Assembly (NCBI GenBank): GCA_018433675.1
Contig: JAHDQS010000001.1
Location: 42,232 to 106,231 of the forward strand
Source: Clostridia bacterium
GTDB lineage: Bacteria > Bacillota > Peptococcia > DRI-13 > SM3-B62
DNA length: 64,000 nt
Direction of reading: 5' to 3'
The position numbers were made by a program, and so were the translations under genes. This document shows, in pieces, positions 19,001-25,149 of the stretch. Under the pieces are notes generated by a model that was not told the DNA's origin, made no database searches, and was given only the letters and a program-made list of their open reading frames with translations. Numbering within the stretch: position 1 is the stretch's first letter; each line of letters begins with the position of its first letter.

Positions 19001-19146
19001 TCAAAGGGAAAGGGAAAGGGTTCAGTCTCCCCCTCCTTCTTTTTTCGTTTGCGCCCCCGCCCGGTCGACATTCCTTCATCGGGAAGCATTTCCCCCCAAA
19101 TAAACCAATTTCCGCTATAATAGCTTAAATGTAAAATAATAATCAT
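16060..19146 (-). CDS. SNF2-family helicase with a long bacterial SNF2-associated N-terminal region, 1028 aa
   Basis: [10 protein letters not shown] (motif I), [10 protein letters not shown] (motif II), LTGTPVEN (motif III), and helicase-C [28 protein letters not shown]. Confidence 0.9.
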   Translation of the reverse strand: [1028 protein letters not shown]

Positions 19147-19272
19147 TTCTCACTCTCATTTCACCACAACATTATGTCCTCTGTTAAATCCTCGCGAAAT
19201 TCATTCTATCACAATCTTAATATTCCGGCACTGTTAAGCAGTTCTTCATTAAATAAAGTTCAATACTACCCA

Positions 19273-19310
19273 GAAATAAAGAAGGAAGCTTTCGCCCCCT
19301 TTGTTATTTC
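19273..19310 (-). terminator. Hairpin H3, candidate terminator of the MNT-HEPN operon; degenerate member of the island hairpin family
   Basis: Minus-strand RNA reads AAGGGGGC-GAAA-GCUUCCUU (two G.U pairs) followed by CUUUAUUUCU. The core at 19281-19302 matches 18/22 to each of the H1 and H2 cores. Confidence 0.55.
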
Positions 19311-19332
19311 TTGTCTCAAACTGTTTACTAAT

Positions 19333-19725
19333 CTATATCGAGCCTGTCTTATCCCTGGCTATTGCAAGCAATTCTTCAGCTATTGTACTCGCACGTAATA
19401 CCTCTTCCTTATTTATCTCATTCGGAATATCAGGAGGATATCTTGTTTCAATATAATAATCGTCTATTGTCATGCAATCGTCTTGATATTCTTCGAATAA
19501 TCGGTCGTGTTTTATACATAAACCGAGCAAATTTCCGATTGAATGGCCTTTTACTATATTCCCTGTCTTGTGCAACAAATACGCCTTCAACACTTTCTCA
19601 ATTGCTTGTTGAAGCAAAAACGCTGCAACATTGACCGGCCCCTCATTATTTAGAACTATTTCAGCCGCAATGTAATCCTGCTTCGCTTTTTCGATCCAAT
19701 CGAGACTATTTGTACTATCTACCAT
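19333..19725 (-). CDS. HEPN-domain protein (toxin of an MNT-HEPN pair)
   Basis: AIEKVLKAYLL..GHSI and ETRYP (Rx4-6H-type region) typical of HEPN. I chose the start at MVDSTN (19725), which overlaps the MNT stop by 11 nt; the track ORF extends to 19791. Confidence 0.8.
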   Translation of the reverse strand: MVDSTNSLDWIEKAKQDYIAAEIVLNNEGPVNVAAFLLQQAIEKVLKAYLLHKTGNIVKGHSIGNLLGLCIKHDRLFEEYQDDCMTIDDYYIETRYPPDIPNEINKEEVLRASTIAEELLAIARDKTGSI

Positions 19726-20044
19726 GTAATACCACACCTTCTTTAGCAATAATACTGGCCATCGTTCCAGCCTTTTTTGAAATCCGCTCAAACTGCTGAG
19801 GTGTGTATAATATAATATCTACCGGTTTATCAAGGTAATTAAGACCATCCGTTTTATAAATATAACCCCGTATGTTCCTTCTCAATAATCTAACATTTCC
19901 TTCTTCAATGTCTGCAATAATACAAATATCAATATCACTATCTTCTGTTGCATCTTCTCGCGCATGCGAACCGAATAGTATTATTTTTTGCGGACTAAAT
20001 TTATCAATTATACCGTTGGTTAGTTTTTTAATATCATTTTTCAT
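19715..20044 (-). CDS. Minimal nucleotidyltransferase (MNT) antitoxin
   Basis: ILFGSHAREDATEDSDIDICII is the GS..D.D nucleotidyltransferase signature. I chose the start at MKNDIKK (20044) because a GGTTTGGAG RBS precedes it. Confidence 0.85.
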   Translation of the reverse strand: MKNDIKKLTNGIIDKFSPQKIILFGSHAREDATEDSDIDICIIADIEEGNVRLLRRNIRGYIYKTDGLNYLDKPVDIILYTPQQFERISKKAGTMASIIAKEGVVLHGR

Positions 20045-20296
20045 AATCTCCAAACCACCTTTAAACATATTATAACACAATCCCATGATTTGGAACCACT
20101 AAGCCTTGTATAACTCTAAATGGGAGTACGTCACCTCTTCCATATTATTATATGATGCGTTTATTATACGTTTTCCATTTTCTAAATAACATTATGCTTC
20201 GTTCCATTATCGTTGTAATTTTTGTTATAATATGCGGGCGGTATGGTGGTGCCGCGAATCAGAATGCTTTGGAAAAGCATTCCAGCCCAACTCATC

Positions 20297-20339
20297 AAAC
20301 TGTAAAGAAGGGAGCTTCCGCTCCCTTCTTATACAGTTT
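20297..20339 (-). terminator. Hairpin H2, candidate cotJ operon terminator; member of the island hairpin family
   Basis: AAACTGTAAAGAAGGGAGC-TTCC-GCTCCCTTCTTATACAGTTT is a 19-bp stem with one bulge, lying 5 nt downstream of the cotJC stop. Confidence 0.6.
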
Positions 20340-20343
20340 GACT

Positions 20344-20916
20344 CTAATAAAACTTCTTCTCGTTCAGGAAACATTGTACGTCGTTCAACGCCTCGCCGAA
20401 GCGTTGGAAGTGAACCACTTCACGCTCTCTCAAGAACCTCAGTGCATCAATAACACCCGGGTCGTCGCTCAGGTTAATTAAGTAGTCATAGGTTACCCGC
20501 GCTTTTTGCTCTGCCGCCATATCTTCCGTAAGATCGGCTATCGGTTCGCCCTTAGTCTGAATGTAAGTCGCCGTCCAAGGATTACCTGAGGCATCCATGT
20601 AGAAGGGAGCTCTATCGTGATCGGCATAATGGCTTCCCAAACCTTCCTTTTTCAGTTGTTCCACGGTGGCATCCTTGAGAAGCTTGTAAACCATCGTGGC
20701 AATAATCTCCAAATGGGCAAATTCCTCGGTACCAATATCCGTCAGCAGAGCCTTTGTTTTCCCCGTCGGCATGGTATAACGCTGATTCAGATAACGCAGT
20801 GCTGCACCCAATTCACCATCCGGACCGCCGTACTGGGTAATCAGGTATTTTGCTAATTTGACATTACAACCATCTACTCGTACGGGGTATTGCAGTTTTT
20901 TCTCATAAATCCACAT
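20344..20916 (-). CDS. cotJC: Manganese-catalase-family spore coat protein CotJC
   Basis: MWIYEKKLQYPVRV..QYGGPDGELGAALRYLNQRY..EEFAHLE. I chose the start at 20916 because a GGGGGGGAAG RBS precedes it; the track ORF extends to 21024. Confidence 0.9.
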   Translation of the reverse strand: MWIYEKKLQYPVRVDGCNVKLAKYLITQYGGPDGELGAALRYLNQRYTMPTGKTKALLTDIGTEEFAHLEIIATMVYKLLKDATVEQLKKEGLGSHYADHDRAPFYMDASGNPWTATYIQTKGEPIADLTEDMAAEQKARVTYDYLINLSDDPGVIDALRFLREREVVHFQRFGEALNDVQCFLNEKKFY

Positions 20917-20933
20917 AACTCTTCCCCCCCTTC

Positions 20934-21209
20934 CTACATTTCCCAGGGCCAGGGTTCTTCGACCCAACGCCAGTGAGAGCTGAAACCACCCGAAAAACCG
21001 TAATTTAAAAGCGGTCCGTAGCATTCTACATATTTTTCGACCTTCTTAGCGAGCTCACAGCTCACTTGGTTAAATTGCTCCAATGCCCTGTTGTCTCCCG
21101 GATGGGTGTCAAGATATAGGTTTAAATCTAAGGCAGTAAATTCATATTCTTGTATCTCCTTCAACATATCCATCCGTCTCCTATCTGTATGCATAGGGGG
21201 CACCTCCAT
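20934..21209 (-). CDS. cotJB: Spore coat protein CotJB
   Basis: LKEIQEYEFTALDLNLYLDTHP signature. The start codon is uncertain (21209, 21194 or 21173). Confidence 0.8.
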   Translation of the reverse strand: MEVPPMHTDRRRMDMLKEIQEYEFTALDLNLYLDTHPGDNRALEQFNQVSCELAKKVEKYVECYGPLLNYGFSGGFSSHWRWVEEPWPWEM

Positions 21210-21606
21210 ATCCGTAAACTCCCTTGGGCATAAATAGTTCGGGGAATATTGTTCCCTTTTCCAAGCCTTCGCCGGGAGAATAAACTACGTTGTAGTATTG
21301 CCAGGGTACATAAGCATGGGCCAACCTTTCCGGACACATCGGACATTCCGGCATATACGGATACCCCATATATGGTTGGTAGGGAATAGGACTCGGCTGA
21401 TAATACGGCATTTCCGGACACGGAATCTGTGGAGGGTCTGGACACGGATGATGCGGAGGGTCCGGTTTCGGCATGACGGGCTTGGGCGGGCAAGGCCCGC
21501 CAAAAGGAACTTGCATTGGCCCCTGCGGTCCGGCTTCTTCTTTTACTTCTTTATTTTTCTCTGGTTTTTCAGGCCTGGGTCTTACCTTAAACGTGTAATT
21601 TCGCAT
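21181..21606 (-). CDS. cotJA: Spore coat-associated protein CotJA with a Pro/Cys-rich N-terminal extension
   Basis: C-terminal AYVPWQYYNVVYSPGEGLEKGTIFPELFMP matches CotJA. I chose the start at MRNYTF (21606) because a TAGGAGG RBS precedes it. Confidence 0.75.
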   Translation of the reverse strand: MRNYTFKVRPRPEKPEKNKEVKEEAGPQGPMQVPFGGPCPPKPVMPKPDPPHHPCPDPPQIPCPEMPYYQPSPIPYQPYMGYPYMPECPMCPERLAHAYVPWQYYNVVYSPGEGLEKGTIFPELFMPKGVYGYGGAPYAYR

Positions 21607-21683
21607 TGGCTTTCCTCCTAAAAACAAGGTTCACTCTAATATATGCAGCCAACAGACATGCCGTCACTATTCTTAAAAAACAC

Positions 21684-21710
21684 AAAAAAAAAAGAAGACC
21701 TTTAAGGTCT
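21684..21710 (-). terminator. Intrinsic terminator downstream of the OYE gene
   Basis: Minus-strand RNA reads AGACCU-UAA-AGGUCU followed by a run of about ten U. Confidence 0.55.
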
Positions 21711-21744
21711 CCTAAGATCAATGTCTCAACAATTTATCCACAAA

Positions 21745-22800
21745 CTACCCGCCGTTTATATTTCTGGGGCATTTATCACCGTCTACATACCATTGGCATC
21801 TTCGACAGTGAAGACAAGTTTTTATCTCCCCTCCGTTGAAGGCTTTGTGGGCCCATTCAGGATCTGCCAAGTGCGCCCTTGCTAAGGCCACAAAATCTGC
21901 CAGATTGTTTTCTATCAGGTAGCTTGCTTCTTTTGGTGTCCTGATCCCGTTTACCACTATAACGGGAATCCCAACCTCTTTTTTTATTTCAGTTCCAAGG
22001 TAAACAATCCAGTTATATTGAAAGTCTGCGGGAACTTCTGTTGTTATCTCATCAAAGATACCCCAAGATACATGCAAAAGGTCGACTCCCTTGTTTTCCA
22101 AAACCTTGGCTATAATTTTACCTTCTTCAAGGGTTGGAGCATTGCCCCCAAAACGATAGCCGATAATGAATTCCGGCGAGACTGCTTCTTTAATTCCTGC
22201 AATAACTTCCAGGGCAAATCTCATTCTGTTTTCTAATGACCCGCCGTATTCATCTTCTCTCTTGTTGGTAATCGGCGACATGAACTGATCAAGCAGGTAA
22301 TTATGAGCTCCATGTATTTCAATCCCGCTGAATCCGGCCTTTTCGGCTCTCTTCGCCGCTTCAATAAAACGATTTTTAATCTCATATATTTCTTCCTTGG
22401 TCAAAGCCCTTGCCGTTACTCCCTTCCGAGTTATGTCGGAAGGGCCGACTATATCTTCGGTAACACCCTGGGCTGTCTTCATTCCGGCATCATGAATCTG
22501 AATAAGCACCTCTGCTTTATACTTGCGGCAAACCGCAACAATTTTGCTTAGACCTTCGATTTGTTCATCGGACCAGATGCCAAGTTGTGAACGCGCAAGT
22601 CTACCTTCTTTTCTGATAGCGGTTGCCTCGAGAATAATAAGCCCCGTGCCGCTTTTTGCTATTTTTTCGTAATGCGCAAGATGCCTCTCACTTACAAAAC
22701 CATCATCGTCACTCCAACCAAAACGGACAACCGGCGGTAGAACTATTCTGTTTTTAATCACCCGATCCTTGACTTTTATCTCCGAATTTAAATATGCCAT
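21745..22800 (-). CDS. Old-yellow-enzyme-family NADH:flavin oxidoreductase with a C-terminal Cys cluster
   Basis: HGAHNYLLDQFMSP OYE motif and C-terminal CLHCRRCQ..C (a 4Fe-4S-type motif as in the dienoyl-CoA reductase N-domain). I chose the start at MAYLN (22800) because a GGGAGGG RBS precedes it. Confidence 0.8.
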   Translation of the reverse strand: MAYLNSEIKVKDRVIKNRIVLPPVVRFGWSDDDGFVSERHLAHYEKIAKSGTGLIILEATAIRKEGRLARSQLGIWSDEQIEGLSKIVAVCRKYKAEVLIQIHDAGMKTAQGVTEDIVGPSDITRKGVTARALTKEEIYEIKNRFIEAAKRAEKAGFSGIEIHGAHNYLLDQFMSPITNKREDEYGGSLENRMRFALEVIAGIKEAVSPEFIIGYRFGGNAPTLEEGKIIAKVLENKGVDLLHVSWGIFDEITTEVPADFQYNWIVYLGTEIKKEVGIPVIVVNGIRTPKEASYLIENNLADFVALARAHLADPEWAHKAFNGGEIKTCLHCRRCQWYVDGDKCPRNINGG

Positions 22801-22850
22801 ATATGCATCCCTCCCTTTCATGCCTTAAATACTATGCCTGGTTAGCCGGT

Positions 22851-23408
22851 TCAAAACTCAACAAGTATATCCTCGAGCTTGAAAACCATCCTATTCTCAT
22901 CAACCCCAAAAAGATTTTGCTGCTTACCGATCTTTTCCGCCATATAAAGCGCAGGAAAGGTCGGTAAAGAGAATCGTCCCAGCTTAAATGATTCCACCTC
23001 TAAAAGAAGTTCTTTTTGTGTCGCGTCATAATGGGGCTTCAAACCCAGTAATATTGCCTTTTTCCAGCTTTTCACGCTAACGTTGACCTTGAAAATTACC
23101 TTGTCGTCCTCATTATCAACGCTTAACCCCTTGATAAGAACAGCAAAATCCGCATTGCTTTTTACCAGATGCTTCAATATCTCTTCGTATTCCTTGTCGG
23201 ACAGATTCACGTCCGAGGACTCTAATGAGCCGTCGGCAAGTCCGGCAACAGTCACTTGCATTATCTCTTCATAGTGATCGGCATTATTCTTTGTCTCCAG
23301 CGAAATCCCTTCATGCCAGGAATCAAGATAAAACGCAGCCCACACGTACAATGATACAATAATCGCTACCACGGCTAAAACTATCGCTAGGCCTTTCAAA
23401 TAACGCAT
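22851..23408 (-). CDS. Membrane-anchored hypothetical protein (possibly YpmS/DUF2140-like), 185 aa
   Basis: A single N-terminal TM helix (LAIVLAVVAIIVSLYVWAAF) followed by a soluble domain. The family guess is weak. Confidence 0.35.
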   Translation of the reverse strand: MRYLKGLAIVLAVVAIIVSLYVWAAFYLDSWHEGISLETKNNADHYEEIMQVTVAGLADGSLESSDVNLSDKEYEEILKHLVKSNADFAVLIKGLSVDNEDDKVIFKVNVSVKSWKKAILLGLKPHYDATQKELLLEVESFKLGRFSLPTFPALYMAEKIGKQQNLFGVDENRMVFKLEDILVEF

Positions 23409-23440
23409 TCTATCTCCACCTCATCCCTTCATTCCATGAC

Positions 23441-23899
23441 CTACTCTTCACTGACGGCCGCTTTTTCAGCCGCTTCTACCGCCAGCCTGTCACAACGATT
23501 GTTGTTTTCGTTATCGGCATGCCCCTTTACCTTTATCCATTCAATCCGGTGGATACCCGATAATTCCAGGAGTTTCTGCCAGAGATCCTGGTTCTCCACT
23601 GGCTCCTTTTTTGAGGTTTTCCAACCATTCATTTGCCACTTTTTAAGCCAGCCCTTTTGAAAGGCGTTGACCAAATAAGCACTATCGCTAAAAAGCTGTA
23701 CACCGCACGGATATTTGAGGGCTTCTAGCCCCTTGATGGCCGCTTGCAATTCCATCCTGTTATTAGTGGTCAGCTTCTCACCGCCGGAAATTTCCTTCTC
23801 TTTTCCCTTGAACAAAAGAATTGTTCCCCAACCCCCAGGTCCCGGGTTCCCTTTACACGCACCGTCGGTATATATTTGCACCTGTGTCGCTTCGCTCAT
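23441..23899 (-). CDS. rnhA: Ribonuclease HI
   Basis: IYTDGACKGNPGPGGWG..TNNRMEL..SDSAY..W..VKGHADNENNNRCDRLA shows the full RNase H catalytic motif set. The ATG overlaps the upstream gene's stop. Confidence 0.9.
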   Translation of the reverse strand: MSEATQVQIYTDGACKGNPGPGGWGTILLFKGKEKEISGGEKLTTNNRMELQAAIKGLEALKYPCGVQLFSDSAYLVNAFQKGWLKKWQMNGWKTSKKEPVENQDLWQKLLELSGIHRIEWIKVKGHADNENNNRCDRLAVEAAEKAAVSEE

Positions 23900-24954
23900 T
23901 TTGACTCACCCCTACTGACCTTACCCCAGTCCGAAACAACCTGTATCCAGGTCTGCCCGGGCTTGAAGTAAGCTTTTTCTCCCTGTTCATCATAGAAGAC
24001 GATGTTTGAAGAGGCTGAAGTCTTTTCCCAGTTACCCGTCGATAACACCTCACCGTTGTAATAACGAACCTCGCCCGCCCCGATGATATCAATTTCCGAC
24101 AGCGGCACCCCATCCACCACCTTTGTCTTGGTCTTAGCAGTAATAATTAATAGATTATCTGCAGTGATAGTTATATTATCTGCCGTCTCATACTTCTTCC
24201 CGTTTACATATCTTTCATATTCTTGTCCGTTGTACTGCCAACTGACCACATTTTTGTATTGGGCAGTCGAATAATCCAGGGTGATTTCTGCCCCTTGGTC
24301 CAGCTTTTCCCCTCTGAAATCTTCGCCCAGCGGCAGAGCTTCTAACGGTACCAATTCATAGCCTTTCGCTTTAGCCCCTCTAATCAATTCGTCTGTACTG
24401 GTATAGAGATTATGCGGCATCTTCCGCGACTTGTCTCGCCAAAAATAACTACCGGCATTGTATATTTCATCTAAGTCTTTAATGCGCAATTCATAGGCTA
24501 ATGTCAACGCTTCCTGACTGCCGCCGGCATGTGCCAAAGGCGCATCATAGCCCTTGGCCAGCTCAACAAAGTAATAACGAGCACTGCGAATAGGTCCGAT
24601 CTTATCTGCCCCTTTGCTGTTGAATATGGCCATATATCTCGTAATCCCGCCTTCCGCCATCATTTCATAAACAATATCGGCTTTATCCAGCCCGATTTGC
24701 GGACGGGCTTTGGAAAAATTATCAATCATGACTATCACGGCTCCGGGAAGCTCCGGCGGCGGCAATTCTTTTTCTTCCTTCTTATCTTTGTTTTCGTCCC
24801 CTGTTCCTTCTTGCGGTGCTTCCTTTTTTCCGTCATTTATCTGTGTCTGGGAGAAAGGTTCTTCTTTTTGCTCTTCCTTTGCACAGCTGACAAACACCAG
24901 CAACATCAGCACAATACATACAATCGACATTACTACCCTTTTCATCAGGCTCAA
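23896..24954 (-). CDS. DUF3048-family lipoprotein (YerB-like)
   Basis: Lipobox LLVFVSC, a low-complexity linker, then IDNFSKARPQIGLDKADIVYEMMAEGGITRYMAIF, which is typical of DUF3048. Confidence 0.7.
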   Translation of the reverse strand: MSLMKRVVMSIVCIVLMLLVFVSCAKEEQKEEPFSQTQINDGKKEAPQEGTGDENKDKKEEKELPPPELPGAVIVMIDNFSKARPQIGLDKADIVYEMMAEGGITRYMAIFNSKGADKIGPIRSARYYFVELAKGYDAPLAHAGGSQEALTLAYELRIKDLDEIYNAGSYFWRDKSRKMPHNLYTSTDELIRGAKAKGYELVPLEALPLGEDFRGEKLDQGAEITLDYSTAQYKNVVSWQYNGQEYERYVNGKKYETADNITITADNLLIITAKTKTKVVDGVPLSEIDIIGAGEVRYYNGEVLSTGNWEKTSASSNIVFYDEQGEKAYFKPGQTWIQVVSDWGKVSRGESK

Positions 24955-25149
24955 CCTCCGAACTCAGGTTTTCCACTCCATGCTAATAATAACCCTCCTG
25001 TGATGCACAGGCAACCCTTCTTATCAATAAGTATTAATTACTCCTTTTCCAATAACGAAAAGCCCCGCATATTTAACTCATCTCCCCGTCACAAAAGCTT
25101 CGGAAAGAATGAACCAGCAGGGCGCAATACACTCATTAATCGCTAGACA

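Larger units (their letters stand above)
13497..20339. other. Accessory defence-type island (AbiE + SWIM/SNF2 + MNT/HEPN) inserted between cotJABC and tatA-tatC
   Basis: Three TA or helicase modules with visibly mosaic base composition. The island is delimited and subdivided by three related hairpins, and no recombinase gene is seen. Confidence 0.5.

Noticed and set aside
20152-20481. A 109-aa plus-strand ORF starting in the island-edge spacer and running antisense into cotJC.
   Set aside because: It has no RBS, it reads straight through hairpin H2, and its second half is antisense to the conserved manganese-catalase domain.
20602-20610. A fourth occurrence of GAAGGGAGC, part of the island hairpin core.
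   Set aside because: It is only a 9-nt match inside the cotJC coding frame with no inverted partner, so it is a chance occurrence and not a hairpin copy.
21161-21621. Three extra overlapping ORFs (110, 72 and 107 aa) across cotJA.
   Set aside because: They arise from the Pro-rich, CCN/GGN-biased extension of cotJA. Only the CotJA frame ends in a recognisable conserved domain and starts after a strong RBS.
24529-25146. A 205-aa plus-strand ORF running from inside the DUF3048 gene into the 195-bp spacer before the mrp cluster.
   Set aside because: Most of it is antisense to a well-supported lipoprotein gene. The translation is low-complexity (FFFFLLIFVF) with no RBS. The spacer is more simply explained as the DUF3048 promoter plus the mrp terminator region.
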